A stretch of DNA of 64,000 bases from a virus. Shown here piece after piece: positions 36,737 to 45,107 of the stretch (position 1 is its first letter; each line of letters begins with the position of its first letter). The notes under the pieces are model-generated. The model made no database searches. It saw only the letters and a list, made by a program, of their open reading frames with translations, and was not told the origin of the DNA. Made by a program: the position numbers and the translations under genes. Where the stretch lies: positions 64,001 through 128,000 of the IMG/VR virus record IMGVR_UViG_3300033485_000001; one strand, written 5' to 3'.

Positions 36737-37259
36737 AGATCACCTCCACGAAGTCGTCCCACATCATCACGGCCATGTTGATCTTGCTCTTGAGCAGTCC
36801 GATGCGAAGCACAGGCCGCCTTCCGGTTCTGGTTGCCTCGGACAGCGCCTTGGTCATGATCGATGACGACAGCTTGAAGAAGGTGCCACCCGTGAACTTG
36901 TCGTCCACCATCCAGTCATCGTTCCGGGCATCGCCCTTGGAGATCCCCGACCCGGAGGCGGGGGTGGTCCTGCCACCGATGTCCTCGGCGCACTCCTGTT
37001 CCCGTCTCCGAGCGGTCTTGTTGATCGCCCGTCGCGGCCCCTTGGTGTCCATCACGTCGGACAGCTTGAGCTTGATCATGGGGGCCACGTCGCCACAGAG
37101 GCAGCTGATGCACAGCTCTTCGCTGACCACGCGACCAGCAGAGCCCTGCGTCACCGAGACGGCAAGCTCGAAGAGCTCCTTGTCCTTGAGGCACTTCGGG
37201 CAGATGCCGTACCCGTGCTGGCTGTTGAGCGTGGCGGCGGCTACAGTTTGTGGAGGCAT
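36723..37259 (-). CDS. Zinc-finger + Hjc-like PD-(D/E)XK endonuclease/resolvase
   Basis: CPKC...CISC, then REQECAEDIGGRTTPASGS...KGD...DDKFT. Confidence 0.65.
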   Translation of the reverse strand: MPPQTVAAATLNSQHGYGICPKCLKDKELFELAVSVTQGSAGRVVSEELCISCLCGDVAPMIKLKLSDVMDTKGPRRAINKTARRREQECAEDIGGRTTPASGSGISKGDARNDDWMVDDKFTGGTFFKLSSSIMTKALSEATRTGRRPVLRIGLLKSKINMAVMMWDDFVEVICGKG

Positions 37260-38494
37260 GACACCCCTGCCGATTCCAGGCACGTGTAGTACATCGTCTG
37301 GAACAGATCGTCGTTGCCGTAGACCTCCTTGATCAGAGCAGAGCCCTTCTCTCCCCAAGGGAGACCGTCGATGACGACCTCCCCGTCTGGCTTCACCAGA
37401 TCCCTGCCCGTGCCCTGGCGTATCAGGAGGCCCATCGTGTCAGCCGTGCTCACGACGTCCTGGTAGACGTCGAAGCCGTGCTTGAAGTAGTAGGCCACCT
37501 CGCCCTTGCCGCCCTCGTGGCAGCCGGCCTTGCCCTTCACCACCTCGTACTTCACCCACTTCCCCTCGAGCGGCTTGCCCGAGTCCGCAGGGATGCGCTG
37601 GCCCTTCATGAGGGTCACGTCCAGGAGCTTGCCGTGCTTGATGGCATGGGGACCTCCGACGGTCCACTCCCGGTCGAAGGCGCTCCTCCGGTTGCGGTTG
37701 GCGCGTACTTGGTTGATCAGGATGAGGCTCGTCATGTTCATGGAGCCCCGAGACGGATTGCCGAAGTGGTGCCAGCACATGCGCTGGAACTCGGACAAGA
37801 GGAAGGCCGACGCAGACTGCTTCGGCTCCTCGTCCATGTCCGTGTCGACTCGGTACTTGCTGACCACCGAGGCGATGGAGTCGAGGACGATCACCTGACA
37901 CCTGTTGTCGGCCACCAGATCCAAGAGGGCCTGGAGCCGGCGTTCGGTGTTCCCCTCGTCGCCGATGAGGAACTCCCCGAGGCTGACTCGCCTCCGTGCA
38001 ATCTGATCATCGGTCAGGGGGTTCATCCCCCTCTTGATGCGCTCCAGGTTCTCGAACTGGATGTCCAGGTCCGACGACGGGACCATCACGCCGTTGATGC
38101 GGGCGTGGACCTTGTCGTAGGGGACCTCGAGCCAGATCCACGCGATGCACGCCTCGTCCCCGTACAGGCGTTGCGTCTGGGCGATGACCATGTTGGACAG
38201 CGCGTTCTTCCCCACGCCGTCCGGTGCGGCGATCTGCGTGATACCGCCGGCTGGGACGCCGCCTCCCGTAACACAGTCGATGGAGGCGATTCCGAAAGGA
38301 CGGCGAAGCAGGAACGGATTGCTGGCCTCGGAGGCCCGCTTCAGGACGGTCTTCTTCGCCTGCTTGTTCACCAGGCTGATCATGTCGTCCAGGCTGGTGC
38401 CGTCCTCGATGTTGAACGTGTTGAGGTTGAACTCGTCCTCGTCCTCGGTCTTCGCCTTGCGGTTCGTCTCCTTCTTGGCCTTCCTACTTGCCAC
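37241..38494 (-). CDS. recA: RecA/UvsX-like recombinase
   Basis: GGVPAGGITQIAAPDGVGKN (Walker A variant), IVLDSIAS (Walker B), ILINQVR, VGGPHAIKH; likely GTG start at 38494. Confidence 0.85.
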   Translation of the reverse strand: MASRKAKKETNRKAKTEDEDEFNLNTFNIEDGTSLDDMISLVNKQAKKTVLKRASEASNPFLLRRPFGIASIDCVTGGGVPAGGITQIAAPDGVGKNALSNMVIAQTQRLYGDEACIAWIWLEVPYDKVHARINGVMVPSSDLDIQFENLERIKRGMNPLTDDQIARRRVSLGEFLIGDEGNTERRLQALLDLVADNRCQVIVLDSIASVVSKYRVDTDMDEEPKQSASAFLLSEFQRMCWHHFGNPSRGSMNMTSLILINQVRANRNRRSAFDREWTVGGPHAIKHGKLLDVTLMKGQRIPADSGKPLEGKWVKYEVVKGKAGCHEGGKGEVAYYFKHGFDVYQDVVSTADTMGLLIRQGTGRDLVKPDGEVVIDGLPWGEKGSALIKEVYGNDDLFQTMYYTCLESAGVSCLHKL

Positions 38495-38963
38495 CGTCGG
38501 GCTCCCTCTTCTCGAAGGGCTCGCTTCCGTGCTGCGGGCAGACAGGGGGCTTGCCCTGGAGCTCGGCACCGCACTTCGGACATCGGCCCGACACGGAGGC
38601 TTCCTTCACCTTCGGATCCTTCTTCTCCTGCTCGTAGCCGTACTTCTCCATGCTGGTCCTCCTCTTCAACGTGTCGGCCAGGGCCTTCTTCCATGCCCCG
38701 CTGGCCTTGAACATGATCCGGATGTAGGGCTTGGACATCTTCGTCCTCGCCCCCTTCGCGCTGTAGGCCAGATGCGGAGCCCGCATCATGGGGTAGAGCG
38801 TGGCGAACTTCTTGATCCTCACATCCTCGCCCTGCAACGTGGCGGCGATGATGGTGGTGAAGACCTCGTCTACAACACGCCGCACGCCGTTCATACCGAA
38901 CCGGGTCCGGTAGTACTGCGGCAGCGCGTTGTAGACTTCCTGGATCAACTCAGACCTCGTCAT
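38484..38963 (-). CDS. HU/IHF-like DNA-binding protein with C-terminal zinc ribbon
   Basis: MTRSELIQEV...GEDVRIKKFATL...IMFKAS..WK is HU-like, followed by CPKC...CPQH; TGATG-coupled to the polymerase. Confidence 0.75.
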   Translation of the reverse strand: MTRSELIQEVYNALPQYYRTRFGMNGVRRVVDEVFTTIIAATLQGEDVRIKKFATLYPMMRAPHLAYSAKGARTKMSKPYIRIMFKASGAWKKALADTLKRRTSMEKYGYEQEKKDPKVKEASVSGRCPKCGAELQGKPPVCPQHGSEPFEKREPDGGK

Positions 38964-40996
38964 CAGCCCTTCGCCGTCACCCAGTTGTCTCCAGATCCGG
39001 GCGCTGCCTTCAGTGGGACCCGGAGTCGGATGCCTGGGTTCTGCATGTGGTACTGAATGATCTTCTTGGCCTCTTCGACGTGCTCCTCTGGGCACTCGAA
39101 GACGATCTCGTCGTGGATCTGAAGGAGCATGTCGCAACCCATCTCTCGGAGGCGGGGGTCCTGCTCGCAGCGAATCATGGCCAGCATGACCACGTCCGCC
39201 GCAGTGCCCTGAATGATCGTGTTGACCGACTGCCTGTCCCCGTCTCGGGAGAGCTTGCACTCGGCGCACCAGCACAGGTCTCGACTCTCCTTGCGGGCCT
39301 CCCACCTGTGGTACTCCTGGTCCTCCCAGTCCATGATGTCCAGCAGCCATCGGCGTCGGCCAAGGTAGGACTCGACGAACTTCGTGTCGGCCACCTTCCG
39401 GTACGTGCCGAAGATGAACTCCTGGGCGCCTGGAATCTTCTCGAAGTACCTATCGATCAGCTCCTGGGCCTTCTCCTTGGCAGCCCACTTGACCTTCTTC
39501 TCGTCCCAGTCGGGATGCTCTTCTGCAATCTGATCCGGGAAGCCTAGCTCCCTCGCCACGCTGTTCGCGGCCTTGCCGTAGTTCATGCCGAACCCAATGA
39601 CCTTGACGAAGTTTCGGAGCTCGCGCAGTCGCTTGGCACGAGGGGAGTGGTCGTCCTTGTCCTTCTTGGCGGCGGCAACGTCGGCGTAGGGTTCGCCCCA
39701 CACCAGCTCCACGTTGGACGTGTGGATGTCCCTGCCCGCCAGGATATTCGCGATCATTCCCTGGTCCTTGGAGAAGTGGGCCAGTAGGAACATCTCGAGC
39801 TGGTCGTAGTCGGAGACGATCAGCTTCTTGCCGGGGCTTGCGATGAACGACGTGCGGATGTCGAAGTCGTCCCTCGGCCGAGGCTGGTTCTGGAGGTTGG
39901 GGTCTCGAGACGACAGCCTCGAAGTGTCGGCGACGTGCTGGGTGAACGTCGTGTGGATGCGGTCCTTCGCATCCTTACGGATCAGCAACCCATCGACGTA
40001 AGTGCCCAGGAGCTTCTTCAGCTCACGGTGCTTCAGGATCAGCCCAGCTTCCTCGATACCCTCGCCGGCGTAGTGACGCAGCACGTGGACGTCGACGGAT
40101 GCCTGGCGCTCGCCGGAGGATCCGCCGCTGGTGAACTTCAACGGCTGCAACCCCAGCTTCTTGAACAGGAGGTCCGCGAGCTGCGGGTTCGAGTTGGGGT
40201 TCACCATCGTCCCGGCGAGCTTGTTCAGCTTCTTCTCGATGAGCTTGATCTCCTCTACGATCTTGGGACGCATGTCCTTGAGGTATGCGACGTCCAGCCG
40301 TGTACCACGGCGCTCCATGTTGTAGAGCACTCGGGTGAACGGAACCTCGCACCACAGGAACACATCGAAGAGCGTGTACCCGTCCCAGGTCCTGGTCGTC
40401 TCGAGCTGTTCCCTCAGCGCATGGAACAGCCGAAGCACCGCCCACGCATCCATGCTGGCGTAGTCGACCACACGATCTGGGTCCGTGTCGTAAACCTCCG
40501 TGAGGATCTCGTACATCTCCTTCTTCGGAGGCTTGCGTGGCTTCCCCTTCTTGTCCTTCGGGTAGAAGGTCTCGGCGAAGGAAGCCATCCTCTCCCCGAA
40601 CTCGCGGGAGTAGGCGGACTTCAGATCGTGTGGTCGACCAGGATCGACAAGCCTGTCCATGGTCAGCGTGCACATCAGGTCGCCGGCCAACGGATACCCG
40701 CTGTTCGCGAGGACGTTGGCGTCGTACTTGATCTGCGAACCAACCCAGGACATCCTTGGGTCGCTGAGCACCGGACGGAAGTCCTCCAGCGTCTTCGACT
40801 CGAGGAAGTAGCGGTCGTCTCCTGTGGAGAGAGACCAGAAGACCACGGTGGCCCGATTGATGTCGAGCCCCGTGGTCTCTGTGTCGATAGCCAGCAGGTC
40901 GAAGTGGGTGAGCTTCTCCTTCAGCAGACTGATCGCTGCCGGAGTGGTGACGCGGATCGGGTCCGGTCTATCCAAGCTCCACCCATATCGACGCAT
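38963..40996 (-). CDS. polA: Family A DNA polymerase with 3'-5' exonuclease, no 5' nuclease domain
   Basis: Exo I DTETTG, Exo II KYDA, Exo III YASMDA; polymerase motifs SDYDQLE, KVIGFGMNYG, QIHDE; LSSRDPNLQN. Confidence 0.95.
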   Translation of the reverse strand: MRRYGWSLDRPDPIRVTTPAAISLLKEKLTHFDLLAIDTETTGLDINRATVVFWSLSTGDDRYFLESKTLEDFRPVLSDPRMSWVGSQIKYDANVLANSGYPLAGDLMCTLTMDRLVDPGRPHDLKSAYSREFGERMASFAETFYPKDKKGKPRKPPKKEMYEILTEVYDTDPDRVVDYASMDAWAVLRLFHALREQLETTRTWDGYTLFDVFLWCEVPFTRVLYNMERRGTRLDVAYLKDMRPKIVEEIKLIEKKLNKLAGTMVNPNSNPQLADLLFKKLGLQPLKFTSGGSSGERQASVDVHVLRHYAGEGIEEAGLILKHRELKKLLGTYVDGLLIRKDAKDRIHTTFTQHVADTSRLSSRDPNLQNQPRPRDDFDIRTSFIASPGKKLIVSDYDQLEMFLLAHFSKDQGMIANILAGRDIHTSNVELVWGEPYADVAAAKKDKDDHSPRAKRLRELRNFVKVIGFGMNYGKAANSVARELGFPDQIAEEHPDWDEKKVKWAAKEKAQELIDRYFEKIPGAQEFIFGTYRKVADTKFVESYLGRRRWLLDIMDWEDQEYHRWEARKESRDLCWCAECKLSRDGDRQSVNTIIQGTAADVVMLAMIRCEQDPRLREMGCDMLLQIHDEIVFECPEEHVEEAKKIIQYHMQNPGIRLRVPLKAAPGSGDNWVTAKG

Positions 40997-40999
40997 GAT

Positions 41000-42133
41000 C
41001 TACTCCTCGTCCTCGTCCTCCCAGGCGCTCGAACCGGAGCGGGGGCTGCCCTTTCCGTCGTCCGAGCCGCGCTTGCTCTCCTCCTCGACGGCGCTCTCAC
41101 GGAGCTCCTCGGGGATCTTGAGCTTGTAGATCTTCGCCTGATCCTTGAGGGTCAGGTTGGGGAAGACCTTGTCCAGGCTGACGGGATTCATGACCCCCTC
41201 GATCTTCTTCCACTCCTCGTCGGTCACGGCCTTGAAGCGCCGGACCTGGAGGGAGGTGTTCGTCCCCTCGCCCGACTTGTAGAGCTCCATCTTCACGTCC
41301 CAGAGCTTGAGGGGCTCGGCCTTGTTGCACTGGTTGCACTCGTTGACGGCCTGCATGTAGCCCTCGAACCCGCACCCGCCGCACTTGTGCATCTCCATGC
41401 GGATGTCCTCGAGCTCCTCCTCGTTGGCCGGGTGCTGCTCCAGGTCGCGGTAGCATTCCCCGCACTTCGGGCACTCGTAGGCCGGGACGCTGATCTCGCC
41501 GCCGCACTTGCAGCTGGTGGAGAGCGTGTAGTCCGCGAAGTCCACCAGCTGCTCCGTGAAGCTCGGGCCGACGGGCCAGTAGACCCGGCGCCCGAACCGC
41601 TTCTCGATCCCCTTGTCGCAGTGCTTGCACCCGCGACCCTCGCACTGGACCGGGTCCTTGTAGAAGTCCCCGGTCTTGTCGTTCTTCCGGTCGGAGTCCA
41701 CCAGGTGGAACTCCGCCATCAGGACGCCGTTGAAGACGTGGAGCTTCTTCGCCCACGCCATCCCCTTGTCCTTGCCCTTGCTGGCCTGGTAGCAGCCCAG
41801 GCACGGCTTCTTGCCGATGTCCACGATCAGGTTGCCATCGGTGTCCCTGATGTCCATGAGACCGGCCGAGCAGCGCCCGAAGCTGTTGGAGGACTTGTGG
41901 TAGTGCCTCATGACGAGGCCGTAGGGCGACTCGAACTTCCGGCTTCCCTTCCCGTCCTCGTTCGCGATCGGGGTCACGTACTCGGCCTTGAAGAGCACGA
42001 TGGGCGTGATCTTCCCCGCCGATCCCTCCTGCGGAGCGTACCTGTCGCTGAACGACCCGCCGCCACCACCCGTGTACTTCTTGTTCTTGACCGTGTTTCG
42101 CATCATGCGAGTGACGTCGCGTTCCTCATCCAT
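41000..42133 (-). CDS. Putative single-stranded DNA-binding protein (gp32-like) with multiple Cys pairs
   Basis: Lies between primase and polymerase; terminal OB-like KSGEGTNTSLQV; acidic C-tail WEDEDEE; several CxxC pairs. Confidence 0.55.
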   Translation of the reverse strand: MDEERDVTRMMRNTVKNKKYTGGGGGSFSDRYAPQEGSAGKITPIVLFKAEYVTPIANEDGKGSRKFESPYGLVMRHYHKSSNSFGRCSAGLMDIRDTDGNLIVDIGKKPCLGCYQASKGKDKGMAWAKKLHVFNGVLMAEFHLVDSDRKNDKTGDFYKDPVQCEGRGCKHCDKGIEKRFGRRVYWPVGPSFTEQLVDFADYTLSTSCKCGGEISVPAYECPKCGECYRDLEQHPANEEELEDIRMEMHKCGGCGFEGYMQAVNECNQCNKAEPLKLWDVKMELYKSGEGTNTSLQVRRFKAVTDEEWKKIEGVMNPVSLDKVFPNLTLKDQAKIYKLKIPEELRESAVEEESKRGSDDGKGSPRSGSSAWEDEDEE

Positions 42134-43152
42134 CTCTCGAACCTCTTTCTGTCGTTGTAGGTATCTCGCAAACCGAGTCCGTTCAGATCATCGGGCTGCT
42201 GCGCCCAAGCCGGCAACGCCCAGACCTTGACGTTCACCACGGTCCGGGACAACCACTTGCCGATGCTCTTCATTCCCTTGATCCCAGCGAAGTCATTGTC
42301 GTAGAAGAGCACGACTCCGCTGCCTGACATGCGACAGATCAGATCGTACTGTTCCTGCGACATCGACGACCCCATCGTGGCCACCGTGTTCCAGTAGCCG
42401 TGCTGCAACAGCCAGATGCAGCCCTTGAATCCCTCCACCACGATCACCGGCTCGTCGGATGTCTCCAGGAGCTGATAGACGCGGTGCGCGTTCCACAGAT
42501 ACTTGTGACTTTTGATCTCATAGGTAGGGAAGAGATCGTCGAAGCCTGGACCGAAGTCGCTGCCGACGAGCCCTTTGTCCGTTTTCCTCCGTCCCCTGTA
42601 CACCAGGTACCGGGGTTGCACATCGTGGAGAGTAGATCGGCCTGATACCCCTACCAGGTTCCCGTAGACGTCCCTGATGGGGAAGGTGATTCGATCTTTC
42701 TCCCTGTCATACCCGATCTCTAGTTCTCGGAGCAGCTTCGGGTCGAAGCCTTGTTCCACAAGTCCGTCCGGGCGCCAGTCGTAGACGCCCAACACCGACT
42801 CTGGGATGGTGACTTCGGCCAGAAAAGGATCGCTCCCAATGAACCTGCGTCGCTTCTTCTGCTGTTCACGTCGCTGTCTCTTCTGGATCAGGGGTGCTGC
42901 CGGGCCGATCAACTGGTCGACCCGGCTACGGGACACCCCTAGTCCACGAAGCAGTGTAGCCAAGTTCCCACTGCGATTGCAACCATGACATTTCCACAGC
43001 CCGTTGTTGATGTTGATGGCGAAGGACGGGCTGTGATCGTTGTGGTCTGGGAACGGGCACCTTGCAGAGAGATTGGAGGATCCGCTGAGCTTGGGCCGAT
43101 CCAGATACGGACTGACGATGTCCGCGATCGGCCCGAGGTTACCAGTCGTCAT
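42103..43152 (-). CDS. dnaG: DnaG-type primase
   Basis: CHC2 zinc finger CPFPDH.D..PSF...WKCHGC; TOPRIM VVEGFKG, ATMG, YDNDFAG. Confidence 0.9.
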   Translation of the reverse strand: MTTGNLGPIADIVSPYLDRPKLSGSSNLSARCPFPDHNDHSPSFAININNGLWKCHGCNRSGNLATLLRGLGVSRSRVDQLIGPAAPLIQKRQRREQQKKRRRFIGSDPFLAEVTIPESVLGVYDWRPDGLVEQGFDPKLLRELEIGYDREKDRITFPIRDVYGNLVGVSGRSTLHDVQPRYLVYRGRRKTDKGLVGSDFGPGFDDLFPTYEIKSHKYLWNAHRVYQLLETSDEPVIVVEGFKGCIWLLQHGYWNTVATMGSSMSQEQYDLICRMSGSGVVLFYDNDFAGIKGMKSIGKWLSRTVVNVKVWALPAWAQQPDDLNGLGLRDTYNDRKRFERWMRNATSLA

Positions 43153-44692
43153 TCGGATTGTCTCCGAAGTTGACCATGTCGGCGTCGACGGTATCTTGAT
43201 CGTAGGTGTAGCTGCCCGGTGCCTTCACCGGGTGCTTCTCGTCGTCGTCCACCTTGGCCTTGCGCCTACCGCCGCCCTTCTTCTTGGCCTTCTTCTTGAC
43301 ATCGGCCTGTCGGGTGTTGTCCCCGTCCAAAGACCTCTTCGTCTGATCTTCGCTCTGAGCATGACGAGCCTGCTCTACTTCCGACATCTTCTTGCCAACG
43401 TCGGAGAGCCAACAGCTGAAGGACCAGGACGTGCATGGGGAGACGTTGAGCACCATGCCGCCAGGGCGGATCTCTCGAGCTCCAGCTATCATGGCGTCGA
43501 GGTTCACCGTCCCGTTGGCGAAGGTGACACCCTTCTTGATCCTGATGATCATGTCGGCTTCCTGGCCGGCGGCGTCCGCGTAGGCGATGTCCTCCAGGTG
43601 CTCCTCATCGTCTCCGCCATCTTCATCGTCGCCCTTCTTCCTGGTGCGCTGCGTGACCCCGATGACCGGAACGTCGAGCTGCTGCGTCAGGTGCTTCAGG
43701 TCTTGGATGATGGCGTACTGGTCCTGCCACTTCATTGATCGTTTGCCAGACCGATCGTTCTTCATTCGGTAGAACGAGTCGACGATGATCAGGTCGGGCT
43801 TGAACGCTTCGGCCTTGGAAAGGATGTGCGAGACACCCCCGCCGAGCATGTCGTCCTTGTCGGACGTGAACATGACCGATGGGCTGTGTCCGTTGATCAG
43901 GGCTCTCGCCTCCTCTTCCTTGAGGTTGCGGAGGGTGGAGAAGTAGATCACCTTCTCCTCGGGTGTGAGCTGTCCCTTCTTCAGCCGCTCGTAGTCGACC
44001 TCCGCGATGCAGCACGCGACACGCTTCCGGAACTGTGCGGGCGGCATCTCGCAGCTGTACACCAGCACACGCCGGGACGCGAAGGCGTAGGCGTGCGTCA
44101 GGATCTTGGTGACGAACCAGGACTTCATGCTCTTGGGCCGGCCGAAGACGATGATGTAGTCCTGCTGCTGGATGCCGCCGGTCTCCTCGTTCAACCTGTC
44201 CCACGGCCACGGGATGCCGGACATCGCCCCCGAGGTCTCTTGGTTCTCGTACTCCTGGATCAAATCCTCTGCACCATCGGCCAGGATGAGGTCCCGACTG
44301 GTGGTGACCATGGTCTGAATGGTATTGATCTTGGCTCTCAGGTGAGCGAGTGCATCGAAGGGCGACTGCGTGTCGATGAGATCTGTGGCCTCCTCACACG
44401 CTTCCCTCAGCTCACGTGACATCGTCTTCTTGCGGACTTCTTCGCAGAGCTCCGAGAGCGTCTCGGTGATGTTCTCCGGCAGCTTGGTCGGCCTATGATC
44501 GTAGACTACTCGCCTGGTTGGCACGCGGCCGTAGTGAGCTGGGTTGTGGTAGTGGTCCTTGATGAACTTGAAGATCTCTTTCGCCTCGGTGTTCGAGAAC
44601 ATGACCTGGGAGATGTTGCTCCGGAGGACACTCCTCAAATCTCCAGTGGCGATGATCTTCGCAACCAGACGGAGTTCAGCGTCGAGGGACAT
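43139..44692 (-). CDS. dnaB: DnaB-like replicative helicase
   Basis: IPWPWDRLNEETGG, Walker A variant GRPKSMKS, YSCEM, IIVDSFY, IGVTQ, DAAGQEAD. Confidence 0.85.
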   Translation of the reverse strand: MSLDAELRLVAKIIATGDLRSVLRSNISQVMFSNTEAKEIFKFIKDHYHNPAHYGRVPTRRVVYDHRPTKLPENITETLSELCEEVRKKTMSRELREACEEATDLIDTQSPFDALAHLRAKINTIQTMVTTSRDLILADGAEDLIQEYENQETSGAMSGIPWPWDRLNEETGGIQQQDYIIVFGRPKSMKSWFVTKILTHAYAFASRRVLVYSCEMPPAQFRKRVACCIAEVDYERLKKGQLTPEEKVIYFSTLRNLKEEEARALINGHSPSVMFTSDKDDMLGGGVSHILSKAEAFKPDLIIVDSFYRMKNDRSGKRSMKWQDQYAIIQDLKHLTQQLDVPVIGVTQRTRKKGDDEDGGDDEEHLEDIAYADAAGQEADMIIRIKKGVTFANGTVNLDAMIAGAREIRPGGMVLNVSPCTSWSFSCWLSDVGKKMSEVEQARHAQSEDQTKRSLDGDNTRQADVKKKAKKKGGGRRKAKVDDDEKHPVKAPGSYTYDQDTVDADMVNFGDNPNDDW

Positions 44693-44995
44693 TTACAGCT
44701 CCTCATGCCATCGGATGTGACCCTTGTTGAAGGTTCGATCCTTGCCGCCCTCCATCCGCAGCTTCACGCGGAACTTGCTGATCCCGACGACCATGCCCTC
44801 GTAGCATTGACCATCGTCCATGCAGATTCTGATCGACTTGTTGGATATCTCCAGGTCTCCGACTTCGGATGCGGCGTCGACCTGCTGCTCAAGGCGCGTG
44901 ACCTTCTTCTTGAGCTCCTTGAGCTTCTCGTCGTGGTTGTTCAGGCGTGCTCCCACGCCCAGACTACCCTGCGCAGTCTCCTTGCGTTCTTCCAT
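44693..44995 (-). CDS. Coiled-coil + Hfq/Sm-like domain protein
   Basis: IRICMDDGQCYEGMVVGISKFRVKL...TFNKGHI aligns with Hfq [25 protein letters not shown]...MVYKHAI; GGAGGT SD. Confidence 0.6.
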   Translation of the reverse strand: MEERKETAQGSLGVGARLNNHDEKLKELKKKVTRLEQQVDAASEVGDLEISNKSIRICMDDGQCYEGMVVGISKFRVKLRMEGGKDRTFNKGHIRWHEEL

Positions 44996-45053
44996 GGAAC
45001 TCTTCACCTCCCGGAACTTCCCATGCTATTGCAGTCAGGTGGACCGTCACAAG

Positions 45054-45087
45054 CCACCAGGGGTGGTGGTTGAGCCCCCCGCTCAAC
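45054..45087. other. Two abutting hairpins with GGGG and CCCC loops
   Basis: CCACCA-GGGG-TGGTGG (45054-45069) and GGTTGAGC-CCCC-GCTCAACC (45068-45087). Confidence 0.6.
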
Positions 45088-45107
45088 CGCACCCGTTGTG
45101 GTCGGCG

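Noticed and set aside
38484-39350. N-terminal extensions in ORF-track calls (38484-39350, 37241-38569, 6351-7187, 32503-33228, 31210-31647, 8578-9546)
   Set aside because: The extensions overlap upstream genes; SD sites and stop-start coupling point to shorter starts (38963, 38494, 6519, 32599, 31312, 8659).
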